The notes: generated by a model from the sequence alone, not told the origin. Positions 11,299 through 23,900 are shown, counted from the stretch's first letter. The stretch: DNA of 64,000 bases from Camelus dromedarius (GCF_036321535.1 NC_087446.1:28768001-28832000); one strand, 5' to 3'. A program made the numbers and translations.

Positions 11299-12179
11299 CA
11301 TAGTAAGAAATCAGATGTGCATTTACTAAATGTGTCATCCTTACCAACAGCCCTTGTAATTCTGAAATCCATCTAACTGACTGAAAGAGGGACCTGCACA
11401 AGTAATCATGCCTAAGAGAAACACTCCTTTGTTTGTCTATTCACTTAATAAACCCTGGGGATTCCCCAGATTTATGTCAGACACTGTGTAAAGAATTAGG
11501 ATACTAAGATTTTTAAAAATTAGTTTTAGGGCTAGATGAGATCTGGCCCACTTTCTCATTTAACAAATAAAGAATCTGTGTCTGAGAGCTGACAAACCAG
11601 TCGTCCTAAGTCACACAATAGCAAACCTGACAGATCTCCTGATATGGGACTTTCTCCTCCTCTGATGGAAATGTGGGGGTTCCCAACTACATTGTCCTGT
11701 GCACCAAATCCCCCCACTTCTGTTTCTATGAATTAAGCCATGAAGAACTAAATCAATAAACATCTATTCTCTTCATATGCTTGTAGTTTTGTTAAATTCA
11801 GTCATTCATATTAGGATGTTCTTTAAATAAAGACAAACTACAATCCCTGAAGTTCCTACACTTTTAACATAGATCTTCACTGACTCCATTTTCTCCCATC
11901 TTCCCTTGTACTGACGTTTCACAGAAGCTTCAGTACATCACCTGACAGAGATAACGAGGTAGACAACTTTCAAGAGACACAAACACTGCTTGCCCCCAAA
12001 CCATCCAAGCTACAGTTCCCTCCTTTTGCTTCTTTATTAAGGTTGATGTTCACTTGTTGCTTTGTTTTGCTTCCCTTCAACCAGGAAGCAATGCTCACAT
12101 GTGTCAGATTCAACAATGCACTTTCCCCTCCTGGAAAAATAAAATAACACCTGCTCTATTCATGCCTGGGAATGGAATG

Positions 12180-12480
12180 CACTTCAAGATGCAAATACAA
12201 GAATTTCATGTGATATAAATAGACACCATCAATTCATGGAGCGGGTGTTGAAACGGAAACATTGACAGGTAATTATCAAAAGCACCTTAGAAAAGCAAGT
12301 TTCTGTAGACAATAGCTGCAATTTATTATTATTATTGTTGCTAGCCTCCCTGATGCTCTCCATTTATGATTCAAGTAATCTTGTCTCTTTTGATGAATCT
12401 ACCTTTTGTTTTTCATTAAGATGTCAATGCATTAGACAAAAGGCCTGCTGAGTAAGGCAAAACCCATGGTCATGTGACAG
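12180..12480. promoter_or_regulatory. Candidate enhancer (Oct, MEIS/TGIF, MiT/TFE and homeodomain motifs)
   Basis: Non-repeat DNA with ATGCAAAT 12189, TCATGTGA 12206 and 12470, TGACAG 12263 and 12475, TAATTA 12270, TTTATGA 12363. Motif evidence only. Confidence 0.35.
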
Positions 12481-13659
12481 AGGGAAATAGGACTCTATAC
12501 CTGTAAACCAAAACACAATTGTCCCTGCAGGATGGAAATGTACATGTACAAACCCACATGTATACAAACACACACACGTGCACAAACACATGTGCACCCA
12601 CAAAAATTGTTCTTGACAGTTCTAGAGATGACATTAGGAATGTTTTAGCCAGGTTAAAGTGGAATATGTTAAGTTTGACACATATAACTGAAACCCACTA
12701 CCTTCTATTCCTTTACATCTATTGTGATGTTGCTGAAACCTAGGCTGATCTGAAAGGAATAAGAATCTCTCTCCCTCAAAAATTCTCAGGCCCCTTTCCC
12801 CATTTGGAGATTCTGGCTATACCTGGTGTCCCTCAAAGCATTCTTTTTTCCTAAAGCGTCTGCCCCAGTGCTTGAACAGCTACTTTGCAAACCCTTCCCA
12901 GCTTCTACTGGGCAGGGAAGGGTGGGCTCAGTCAACAAGGGTATGACGCAGACATGCCTTCTGAGCAAAGCAGACCCAGCACTGGGTGGTTAGGGAATCA
13001 CAGGTTCTTAAGAAGTCAGTCCACTGAGATATGTGGATTTTTTTTTTTTTAATTAGTCTAGTATCCCAGGCCAGTGACACAACTTCAAAGAGTCGTCAGA
13101 ACAAATAACCTTTCACAATAATATCCTTGATGGTGAAGGGGAAATGAGATTTTCTCAGGGCTGAGTGACTGAAAGAGAATTAAAAAATAACAACAGTTTA
13201 AAAAAACACTTAAAATCAGAAGAAAAGATAAATGTAAATCAAACATCCCCCACTCCCAACATGGGGAAAGGGTGAAGCTTATGTGTCTCAGGAAGGAAAC
13301 TTTTGCAAGAAAAGCCCGTATTTTAAAAATATATGCAGAGCATTAATTTTAAGGTAATTAGGAAGAGCTATTTTCTATTTGTCAGAAATCAAAGGTATGT
13401 GCATTCTGAACAAAGATTTTGCTACCAAACCGTAAATAGCCATGAAGGGTGAATACAATGTCCATACTATACAGCACTTTGAAATCTAGTTGGTCCTAAG
13501 AGAAAACATAAAAGTGGAAAACTGGATTTTTAAAAGAAGCTATTTGCCCCCTATTGCAACCTCCATTTCCATCCCCATGTAGTCATTCAAGAAAAGAAAA
13601 TATTTTAAAACAGAGAAAAACTTAGAAATTGCATCCACTGTCATATTCCAACTTTGTTT

Positions 13660-14240
13660 CTTTTCATTCTTTTTATTCATTCACTCCACGAGGACTCACA
13701 GAGCTTCCCTTTGACTAGGCACTGCCATAGGAAATAAAGATGAGTATATTACACACAGCCCCTGCCCAGAGCCACTCACCTCTTAGTGAGAGAGACATGC
13801 ATGAAAACAAATAATTTTGCTCTAAGTGCTAAATAAAGACACAGCATTATTGGAGTTGAAAATGCTGAGTGACTAACACTGGGGGACTTGAAACAGTCTT
13901 TACACTGAGGTGACATTTAACCTGAGGCTTAAAATACAAGTAAGAGTTGGCCAGATGGCAGGACGGGAGCTTCGAGTGTATTTCAGAGAGAATGAAGCAT
14001 TTGCTTTGCAGGAAAGGGTAGGGGGTACGGATGGAGGAGGTGGTGGAAGATGAGGCAAAGTAGGGACTCGCCTTTCGTGGACTCATGTGTCATACGGAGG
14101 TATTTGAACCTCACTGCACATGTAATAGGAAGCCACCAGGGCTCCTGTCAAGGAAAGATTTCATTTTTATTCAAATAATTCAGGTGGTATCACAGAGGAA
14201 AGATATGAAGGTTCAGTTAGAATCAGTATTTTCCATGGTT
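13660..14240 (-). mobile_element. L2 LINE fragment
   Basis: ttattcattcactc...aggcactg...acagcccctgccc...gaggtgacatttaacctgaggcttaa. Confidence 0.75.
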
Positions 14241-14356
14241 ATACCCAATGTCTATCTGCCCCCAAGACCAAGCCTAGTTTCTGTGCAAGCTGGATGCTGT
14301 AGGTTGCATCTCCCCTTTTTGTAATCGCTATCCCATGCTCCTTTGTATTTTCCTGC

Positions 14357-14870
14357 TAATCATTCATTCGATCAATCATTCCATCATTCAACATCTACTG
14401 AGCCTTCTAAAAGGCTCAGTGTGTAGGGGCCAGCAACTCATAGCACATCAGGACGGTTGTCTGCACCCTGGCCAAGCTTATAGTCTAGAAGGCTGACAGA
14501 TTTGTTTAAGTATAAGTAATCGCCATGATGTGTAATGAGTAAGAGAATGGGAAGTGATGGGGGCTTCCCTGAGGAAGTGATGGGTAGCTTGTGACCTGAA
14601 GGATGAGTAAACTTTAGCCAAAGCATGTGTGTTGGAAATAGAAGGGGGAAGAGTCGGACATCAGCCAGCAAATGAGGAATAACCAAAGGCAGGAGAAAGC
14701 ATGGCACCTTGGAGGAAGTGAAAGGCGGCCCACATGCCTGGACAGTCGGATAAGCTGGAGAGATGGGCCGGCCTCAAGCCTCACCATGTACACACTTGAC
14801 CACCCCGTGTGCCTGTGGGCATGAAGGTACATGCCTTTGTGAGGAAGTTTTAAGAAGGATCATCACTTCT
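14357..14870 (-). mobile_element. L2 LINE fragment
   Basis: tcattcattc...caacatctactgagc...aagcttatagtctag...gggcttccctgaggaagtgatg...gacctgaaggatgagtaa. Confidence 0.8.
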
Positions 14871-15022
14871 TGTTACCATACTCCTCCCTGTGTTCAGGCA
14901 GGAATTCTTAAGTATATTTGTTACTCATCTTAATTTTTTGGATTGAAAAACAGGAGGGCAGAGAAGGATCTTAGAAATTATCCAGAACAGCCTTTCTCAA
15001 GGTGTCCCCTGTGGATAGACTA

Positions 15023-15217
15023 CAGTCAGCACTAATGACATTCTGGACTGAGTAATCCTTTGTTGTTGGGCGCTGTCCTGTGCACTGTCGGATGCTTAGG
15101 AGAATCCCCAGGGATTATCAACCAGATGACACCCTGTAGCTGGGACGACCAAAAATGTCTCCAAATGTGGCCAAACATTCACTAGGGGACAAAGTCACTC
15201 CTGATTGAGAAGCACTG
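15023..15217 (+). mobile_element. MER20 hAT-Charlie MITE
   Basis: gcactaatgacattctggactgagtaatcctttgttgttgggcgctgtcctgtgcactgt...accaaaaatgtctcca...ttgagaagcactg. Confidence 0.88.
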
Positions 15218-15807
15218 TGTAAAGCCACACCGTTAATCAGAAGTAGAAGTGGACAGCATTTAAGAGTCCTGATTCATAGCCCAGCAACCTCCTTGTGCCT
15301 GCTGGAGGCTCTCTGGCTGTGGGAAGCAGGAGGCGGGGAGGGGACCCAGGCCACACAGGCTGTGGGGTTAGGATATGGAGACAAGGCCCACACAGGTGAC
15401 AGCCCTGCTTTTTTCTGGGAACCTGGGACATAACTCCTGGTTTTTTCTATGACTTATTGTGCAGTTCGTCATCCCTATTTCTATTTCTCCACCTGTTTAA
15501 ACCCTGATCTTCCAGAACTGGCAGGATTCGGACTGGCAACATCTTGGAAACCCACACAGAAAGGTGTCATCCAAAAAGCTTTTTTAACTGAGAGGGATTT
15601 AAAGGTGCCCCTGTATGGGAACCAAGAGTGTTGTGTTCTAAATTTAGCGCCATGCCAGGAAGAGGAGTGTGGTGGGGAGCAACGTGAAAGGAATCAGGAA
15701 ATGTGGCTGCTGGTTCCAGCTCTTTCCAAACTCCCTTTGTGGCCTTTAGCATATCAGTCCAGCTTTCTGGCCTAGGAGCTGTTTCCCGTCAAATGAAGGG
15801 ATTAAAA

Positions 15808-15875
15808 TAGATATGCTATACATCAGAAATTGACACAACATTGTAAACCAACTGTACGTCAATTAAAAAGAAAAA
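15808..15875 (+). mobile_element. Short LINE-1 3' tail (cetartiodactyl/camelid-type)
   Basis: tgctatacatcagaaattgacacaacattgtaaaccaactgtacgtcaattaaaaag; no TSD seen. Confidence 0.8.
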
Positions 15876-16004
15876 CAGGTGACTGCTTCTAGGCTTGGAC
15901 TCATCCTGTGTCCTCTGCCCAAGAGGACCTATGATTGATCATCAAAACCCAAGCCCTACCTTTCCTTCAAAATCCAGCTCAGTCATGATTTCTCATTTCC
16001 TTCG

Positions 16005-16305
16005 GTGATAATTATGTTGTGACTATGTTGGAGAAAAGTCCTTGTTTTTCAGCAATGCACGCTGATTATTTAGGAATGAAGTGTCATGATGCCTGCAACT
16101 TACTTTCAAATGTTTCTAAAAATAAATGTTTACTATATATACGTATATATACATATGCACATATTTTTTACACAGAGGGAAATCAAATATACCAAGATAT
16201 TACTAAATGTTGAATCTCACTGAAGGATATATGGGTGTTCATTTTCTAATTCTTTCCCTTTTTCTGTCTGTTTTAAATTTTTCAAAATCAAATGTTGGAG
16301 AGAAA
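16005..16305 (+). mobile_element. L1MC/L1MD-type 3' end inserted in an L2 fragment
   Basis: gtccttgtttttcagcaatgcacgctga...gaagtgtcatgatgcctgcaacttactttcaaatg...gttgaatct...gggtgttcatt; L2-like sequence flanks it (about 15895-16000 and 16306-16440). Confidence 0.8.
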
Positions 16306-16446
16306 AGCAGCTCCAACTCTATCTCCCCCACAAAGCCTTTCCTGAATTAGCTGAAATAATTCCTCCAAATTCCCACATCACTTATGTACTCCATGTTTAT
16401 CACTTTCTGCCTTGTATTATAGTTATCTAAGTACTCACACAGTGGG

Positions 16447-16562
16447 TCATAAAACCGCTAACGCAATACTCAGCTATGTGGAGAACGTTCGTTCGAAAAC
16501 TGCTCTTTATTTAGTCTACGACTCCTCTGTTCTTCCTCATGAGACCCCACGCTGCTGGAATC
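16447..16562 (+). mobile_element. CR1/L3 LINE relic (C-terminal part of ORF2)
   Basis: Translates to KTANAILSYVENVRSKTALYLVYDSSVLPH, resembling CR1 [33 protein letters not shown]. Confidence 0.5.
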
Positions 16563-17046
16563 GGGGGAAAAATCCAAGTAAATTTAGTCCATCTTGTGAT
16601 CTCAGATTGATCACAGAATTTAAACAGTTGCTTTAGGTAACTCAGTCACATTTGGAGAAAGGCCAGACACCAGACCTCCTTATTCCCCACCCTTCTTCCT
16701 CACGATGGTGTTTGGATGCAGGAGGGAAACTGACTGTTCAGGAGACATCACAGGAAGAAATCCCAAGATCAACTTACAAAACTAGCTAGTAATAGTGTAC
16801 CTGTTATGCAGACATTAACTCTACCCCAGGCACTAAGGTCCTTGAGGGACATTCCAGTGTTATGAGAATCGGTGGGAAGATGTTTCATCTCTGTGTCTCC
16901 AGAGGGCCTGAAGAGTGCTTCATACTCACAGGTTCTCCATAAATACTGACGCCCACACTCTCTCTGGTCTGTTGCTTCTACCTCCATGGTAATCTCTGCT
17001 ATCATCACTCACCGAAATGTCACAAAGTGATAAACAACAATTTGAT

Positions 17047-17175
17047 ATGAATAATAACTAATGTACTGAGTGCCTAGTCTGTGCCAGGCAATGGGCTAAG
17101 CTCTTTCCAAGTCATATTTCATTTAATACTCACAACACCCAGATGAGTTAGTACTATGATTATCTTATAATAAGG
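17047..17175 (-). mobile_element. MIR SINE (3' half)
   Basis: tactgagtgcctagtctgtgccaggcaatgggctaagctcttt...catttaatactcacaacacc. Confidence 0.85.
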
Positions 17176-17726
17176 ATAATCACTGGTCTCTGCATTGCCT
17201 GATGATTGAATTAGCCTTTCTTCAAACTCTGCAGTATTTGATCCAACTGACTGTCATGTCATATTTAAAACTCCCACTTTCGGTGATGTCTCCATTTATT
17301 CACCCAACCATCTCTCTTCCAGCTGTATCATTCCCTTTCTGTCTTCCATAACTGCTGCAGGTTTCCTAGCCATCGTATCTTTGGAAATCACCATTTGCCT
17401 TCCCTATAGTCTCCTTCATACCCCTTCAAAATCCATCCTTCAGGACAAACTTTCATTCAGTCATTCAACACACTTTTATGCTCAAATCCATTGTTCTGGT
17501 CGTAGAGAAACAATGCTAAGAAAAAGGAAAGCAAGCACAATCCCTACCATAGTGAAATCTGCAGTCTGGTGACTGTGCTCCAATCTCATCTAGTTACTCA
17601 AGCAGAAAACAATCTCTCTTGCACTGCCTTTCAAATCTGCATGGTATCTGTATTGCCCACTGGACACTCATCCAGTACAGCTCTGTAGAGTTCATCGTCC
17701 TTTTCAGGGATTAGTTTGAGGAAAAC

Positions 17727-17977
17727 AATAGTAATATTCATAGCTTTCACTTACTGAACGTCGTCTATGCCAGGCACTCACTCCAATTACATTGTCTCTA
17801 GTTTTCTCATTGACACTGCCTAAAAGGAGTGATTTTCTTTTTCACCAATGAAGCACTGGAGGCTCAGAGATGATAAGTAACCTGCCCAAGGGCACATAAT
17901 TAGTAAAGGACATTACCTGTGTGAGAACCCAGGTCCCCTAGCTCCAAAGGCTCTCTCCACAACACACTATGCTGTCT
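17727..17977 (-). mobile_element. MIR SINE (near full length)
   Basis: cttactgaacgtcgtctatgccaggcac...gaggctcagagatgataagtaacctgcccaagggcaca...gaacccaggtc...ctccaaagg. Confidence 0.85.
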
Positions 17978-18034
17978 GGGTGTCTCCATCACATCATGCA
18001 CGGAGGTAGAGAAGAGTTAGTAAACGGTGAGGCA

Positions 18035-18260
18035 GGGCAGTGGCAGGAAAAGAACACGGCTTGGGAACTAAACAGATCTGGATTCAGTTTCTAGCTACAC
18101 CCTTTACTGGTTATGTGACTTTGGGCAAATTCCTGAACCTCTTTGTACTCTGATGCCCTCGTTTTAAAATCACCGTTGCAAAAAAGAAGTGAAGCTGCTT
18201 ACCGCACCGGGTTGCTGCAAGGATTAAATGAATGATAAACACCCAGAAAAGCCCCGTGTA
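18035..18260 (+). mobile_element. MIR SINE
   Basis: ttatgtgactttgggcaaattcctgaacctct...gggttgctgcaaggattaaatga. Confidence 0.8.
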
Positions 18261-18764
18261 TGTCAATAGCTCCTCCTCTCCTCCCTTTGTTGATGCAGAT
18301 TTTTTAAAAGTTCACCACCCACCTTATTGTTGCTGATGTAAGTTCCTAAGTTTGATACTAAGGAACACCTGCAGAGGGGCCTTTCAAGGACTTGCAAGTA
18401 TATTAAAGAGGCAGATACCAGCACCCAGAGATAAAGGCGGCGCAGTTAAGAGGAGGTGGAAAACCAATCTAGAAACCAGGCAATGGGAGGCAGTGTGGTT
18501 CCTTTTGTTAGGAAAGCTTTTCCAAAGCAGAGCCCTTGAAGCTTTTGCGTGTCAAAAGCATTTTAAATGCTTTCCTCAGGTGCACACATACGGTATTGCT
18601 TCCACGGCAAAGAAAGCGTGGTCTTATCAAAACGCTATTGATTTTTGAAGAAGGAACCTGGAGACTTCGTTAATGGAAACTTGCAAACAAGCTCAAAAGC
18701 CCACTCTTTTCTATACGCCGGCTACCCACTCCAGGACATAGCATAGCTAATAAAGGAAACTTTC

Positions 18765-19045
18765 AGGCTTATTAAATTTTTACTGAGCACACTGAGAGAC
18801 CTCAGACATCTATCCCTTCGTTAATCCTTTTTTTTAAAGCCCTATGAGATTATTGTTTTACATGTTGTAAGTGCGCAAACTGAAGCTCAGAGAGGTTAAG
18901 TATCTTGCACAAGATAACACAGCTAGAAATTGTTGGTGAGATTTGAGCTGATTCAGTCATTCATGCAATAAATATTTATTGAGAGACTACCAAGTGCTAG
19001 TTCTGTATGATTCTAAAGCTAATGTTCTTTTCACTATGTCATTTT
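18765..19045 (-). mobile_element. MIR SINE interrupted by a short L2 tail (about 18953-19002)
   Basis: aaactgaagctcagagaggttaagtatcttgcacaagataacacagctag, then tcattcatgcaataaatatttattgag, then the MIR resumes (tgattctaaagctaatgttctt). Confidence 0.75.
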
Positions 19046-19469
19046 TCCTAGTAAAATAAATAATATAATAGTATTCCTACCATTAATAATGTTCTCTCAA
19101 AAAGTGAAGCAGTTTGGTCTCATGGCTCAAAAAAAAATCATCAGGCTTGGCCTGGCCAGGCAGGTATCCATATGGCTCAACATTACTCCACGTGTGTCCC
19201 TCTCAAAGCTGGATGCTTAAAAATAATGCTCCTCTACAGGCAGAAGTGCCATTCTCAGATAAGTATATGTGAGTATCTGTGCTTAACTGTTTGTAAAACG
19301 TTGTGAGGATGATGCACTTCAGAACATTTATTTGTTAGAAAGTTGGAAGGAAGTGAAGACTAGTATATGCAACTCACTAAAAGAGGGAAAACCCAATTGT
19401 AATGATGCCTTGCATTTATAAAAGGCATGATACTTTACAGTGTACTGTAACATAAATGATGTCACCTTA

Positions 19470-19640
19470 GCCTTGTACCAGTCCTGTGAGATCCAGAAGG
19501 TGACAGTTGTTGTACCCATCCCTGAGGAAACTGAGGCTCAAGTTGTAAAGGTCACAGTACTTTAGAAATGTCCAAGTTCACATCACTATTTAATGGCAGA
19601 ACCAGGATTTGAACTTGGGTTCTATCTGTTCTTTCTGGTA
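19470..19640 (-). mobile_element. MIR SINE
   Basis: gaggaaactgaggctc...aatggcagaaccaggatttgaacttggg. Confidence 0.75.
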
Positions 19641-19649
19641 TGTAACCTG

Positions 19650-19990
19650 CATTGATCAGGATAAGCAAGGTTATGTTGCAGTAACAAATGGTCTTCAGAT
19701 CTCAGGGACTCACAATAATAAAGCTTGATTACTGTTCATGTTCCATGTCATCCAAGGCTTTGGTCTACTTTGAGTTTACAGCTAGACCTAGATGACAGAG
19801 CAGCTCTACATGGAACACAGCCAGTCATGAGGCACAGGGAAAAGCAAAAGTAATGAACCTCACACTGGCTCTTAAATCCTCTGATAGGAAGTGACTGTCA
19901 TTCTCAGTTCACTGGCCAGCACAAGTCACATGGCCTTGTCCCCACAAATATAGCAGAGATACATTGGCCTTCCAAAAGGGAGGGGCCCCA
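19650..19990 (-). mobile_element. MLT1J-like MaLR LTR
   Basis: tcaggataagcaaggttatgttgcagtaacaaat...cacactggctcttaaa...ggaagtgac...cattggccag/ttcactggccagcacaagtcacatggc. Confidence 0.75.
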
Positions 19991-22117
19991 AAAGGAGTAA
20001 AAGTGTTTCTATATATATTAGGGTAGCTATGTATAAAGTCATTGTGAGCCTACCTTCCTTGTACTGTAAAGTTATTCTCTGATCAGTGTGGTACCGATTA
20101 AGGAAGAGTGCAGACATGATCAGCCAAGCAGTCATCTTACATGATGTAAAAATTAAATAAATAAATAAATAAATAAATTTAATATTTTTAAAAGCAACAG
20201 TTCTAAAAGATGCCTGTTGAGCATGAAACCTGAATTTGCAAAGAAAGCAACTTTTGCTCTGTGAATAAACTTTCCATTTCTGGCAGGAGAATTGGAGAGC
20301 AACGCTGAAGTGAATCTGTGAATGGGCATCAGAGTGTCATATTTAAAGGTGTAATGAATAAACATTGGCAGAAACCCCCTTTGCCACGTGACTTCAAAAC
20401 AAACACCAGTCAGTAGAGAACTACCAGCTGTGCCAAGTAGGAAAAAAAAAAAAAAACCCAACTCAGACACTCCTCCCTCCGTGGAGCAAAAATCCCCAGC
20501 TGAAATCACCGCCCTCAAGGACGTAGCACACAAGTGGATTCTCATATGTGCTCCAGCACACAGCCCCACCCCTGGAAAGTCCTCCTGACAAAGCCATTTA
20601 AACAAAGTTCAGAGGAAGACAGAAGTAGGACATTAAACAGAGTTTAGGCACTCACAGAATCTTGCCTTCCCTTGAATCAACTGGCAACTTAAAAAAAAAA
20701 AGAAAAGAGCATTTAGCAAGAGTTTAAAGTAGCTGATTTCTAATGTTGGCTGATTTACAGTGTCCCTTACAGTTCTAAGATCCTATGATTCTGTCGGTTT
20801 CTGTGACGAGAAGTGAATCTATTTTCTTATTTAAGGACAGAAAGAAAAAAGAGGAAAAGGATATGTTTCATATAATAAAACTTAACAGGGAACAACATCA
20901 AAAAAAACAAAACAAAACAAAACAAAACACACACACAAAACCAAAACCTTGTTCTAGGAACTATAAAGTTGTCTTCGGTTAGTCAATCTGCATCTAAAAT
21001 CCTGTTTCTTAAAATTTTTTGGCATTGAGTCCAGACTTGATTTGTAGAAGTGACACTTCTCTAGTACTTCTTTTAGAGCAGTGAGGGGGAGGAGGAATAC
21101 CCTGACTTAAAACTTTACCTTAGACTTTTTGTAAAGGTCACCGAAGGGAAAAAACCATAAAGAATCATTGCCCTTTAGTCACTTTCAAGTATGAGATGCA
21201 TTGTCCTAGGATAAAGGAGAACCATTACTGCATGTCACATTTTAGATTAAAGAATTAAATTGCTATGTCTTGCTTTTTTTCCCCATGACTTTAAATAGAA
21301 TTCAAGTTGAAGTGAACCTAGATTATTAGGAAACGTTTCTGAGTACATCTAATTGTGCTTTTCTTGAAATGCTTAGATGTAACTCTATAATTTTACTAAC
21401 ATAATTGTTGCCAGCAAATCTCCGCAACTGATACTCAAATTTTAATGTAACTAGAAGTAAAACTGGGTCTCAGGTATCAAAATGCCAAAATAGGATATAT
21501 AAGTGAAAGAAATTAAAGGTTAAAAAAAGATAAATTAACTATTTCTTCTTGGACAAACAGCTTGGTAGTCTGCTGCTTCTCTAGCTACTTTCTGTAGAAA
21601 GAATAAGTGGACAGGAGAAGTGTGGCTCTTTTGAGTCTAACTGGACACAAAGAAACTCTTCCGATGACTAACTGAAGTGAGTAGTATAAGAGAGAAAACC
21701 ATGAGAAAAGACTGTGGTTCATTTTGAGAAGAGAGTGTGAATTACAGTGTCACAGGATCAAAATGTTTAAAAGGGAGGGTTGGGTCAATGGGGTCTTAAC
21801 AATAGCTTTCTCTTCTTTCACAGCTAATTCAAATTTCTCTTTGACTCCTGAATCAAGTTTGATGGGGTCTACAGGTAGTAGTAGAATTCAGTGAAACTAT
21901 ACAGAGAATCACTGATTGTATATATATACACATATATAAATATGTGTGTACATATACACTTACATATATGTGGGGATATATAAAAAATATATATGGATAC
22001 ATATCTATAATATAACTATATGGAGATACACACCCCATACACACCCAACCATGTATGGAGATATATATACATACATACATGCACACATATGTATGGGTAT
22101 ATATACACACATGCTTA

Positions 22118-22560
22118 CAGATCTTCCTTGATTTATCCTGACAAACCCATTTCAAGTTGAAATGTCATAAGTAGAAGATGCATTTAATACACCTAATCTA
22201 CCAAACACCACAGCTTAGCCTAGCTTACTTTAAACGTGCTCAGAATACTCACGTGAGCCTGCTGTTGGGCAAAATCATCTAATGCAAAGTTTGTTTTGTA
22301 ACAAAGTGTTCACTATCTCATGTGATTTATCGAATACTGTACTGAAAGTGAAAACAGAAGGGTCGTTTGGGTCCAGAATGGTTTTATGTGTATCAGTTGT
22401 TTACCGTTGTGATCATGGGGCTGTAGCAGCCCAGGATCATGAGGAAATATTATACCACGTATCATGATCAAAATTCAAAACTTGAACTACAGTTTCTATT
22501 AAACGTGTATCACTTTCGCACCATTGTAAAATCAAACTGTTGTTAAGTCGGGACCATCTG
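22118..22560 (+). mobile_element. MER47 (Tigger5-derived) DNA transposon with both termini
   Basis: TA|cagatcttcctt...aaacccatt...gcatttaatacacctaatctacc...gggcaaaatcatctaa...cactttcgcaccattgtaaa...aagtcgggaccatctg|TA; TA target duplication on both sides. Confidence 0.9.
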
Positions 22561-22649
22561 TACATGAATACATATATGTGCACACACATTCATAAATGTA
22601 TTTGAGTGGTTACAGCAGTTATTCAACTGCCTTTAAAAACAATCAAACC

Positions 22650-23900
22650 CCAGTCTTATGCCGTCTACAAAAATAAATGACTTTGGATGAAAGAGAACTG
22701 TAAAAAAAAAAAAAAACCTTTCAAGAAAATCCAGCACATTATAGGTACATATACGTACAATCTGCAGGTGAAAGGAGACTTTCTTGACCAAATACAGAAG
22801 ATCATATAACAAAAGTTACAAAGAAAAGATAAACATATTTGATCACATAAGAATTTAAAGCCTTTTTTGGCAAAAGAAAGATTCCCTTTCAAGGTAAATA
22901 GACAAAAGATAGGTTCAAAAATATTTGTACCACAGATGACAACAGGTTTTTTTTATTTTGTTTTTACAAATTGAAAAAAATAGACAAACACGGAAAAAGT
23001 GAATAAAGAAACAGAATAGGAAATTCACAGAGGAGCAAACCCACATGATTAAAAAGCAAATGAAAATACTCTCCCATTAAATCATAGTCAGGGAAATGCA
23101 ACTTAAAATAACAATGATGTATCTTTATACCCATCAGATTGGCAAAAAAAAAACCCACAAATGATCAAGAACCTCTACTGGTGATAGGTATGGGGAGAAA
23201 TGGTTACTCATACATTGCTGAGAAAAACTAGCTGTTAAAACTGTCATGCCATTTAGCAGCATATTTAAAAAATTAAACACATACTTGTATGTGCCATTCA
23301 ATACCAGTCTCTTCTCTTGATACCTCAAAGATCATCAGTGCACAGGCAAGAGTAAAAGGACAATTATAGTAACAAGAAAAGGAGAGGAAGACAAGGATCA
23401 AAGTAAATACTACTTGATGAGAATGTCTGAATAGATCACAGCTCATCCACACTATGGATTATTATGCAGCTATTCCAAAGAATGAGTTACAACTGAATAG
23501 CCACTTTGAAGGGATTTCTATACAGTTACACTGTAAGTGACCAAAATAATAAGAAGACACAGAAAATGTGCATTATTCAATGCTCATAAAATGAACAATA
23601 ATGAAACCTCCCCGAAACGCATGTGTAAGTGTAACATGTGTATATGTGATTAAATGAGCAATGGGGAAAATGTAGAAGTACATATCAGGTCACTAACGAT
23701 AGTTACGTGACAGGGAGTGGTAGAGGGGATGCAAAGGAGAAAAGAGAGGGAAGTTGAAGCTAAACATCAAGAAAAAAATGAGCCTTCTCTAGATAACAGA
23801 TAAATATGTGTGTGAGATAACATGTTTGCATTTATGCAAAATTACATATATATATAGGTGTGTGTATATGAAAAATTAGAAAAAGAACAAAAAGCTAGTC
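22650..23900 (+). mobile_element. L1ME ORF2 3' end and 3' UTR
   Basis: aggaaattcacagaggag...agtcagggaaatgcaacttaaaataacaatg...tacccatcagattggcaaaa...actcatacattgctg; heavily decayed. Confidence 0.8.

Noticed and set aside
17727-18260. Adjacent inverted MIR pair that might form double-stranded RNA.
   Set aside because: Both copies are highly diverged, so stable long pairing is unlikely, and such pairs are common at this MIR density.
18368-18380. CTCF-like cctgcagaggggc.
   Set aside because: It mismatches the near-invariant C of the GGC core, so support is insufficient.
21853-22155. ORFs rich in Y/I/C/V/H/T; likewise 26019-26479.
   Set aside because: Translations of TA/CA/TG microsatellites.
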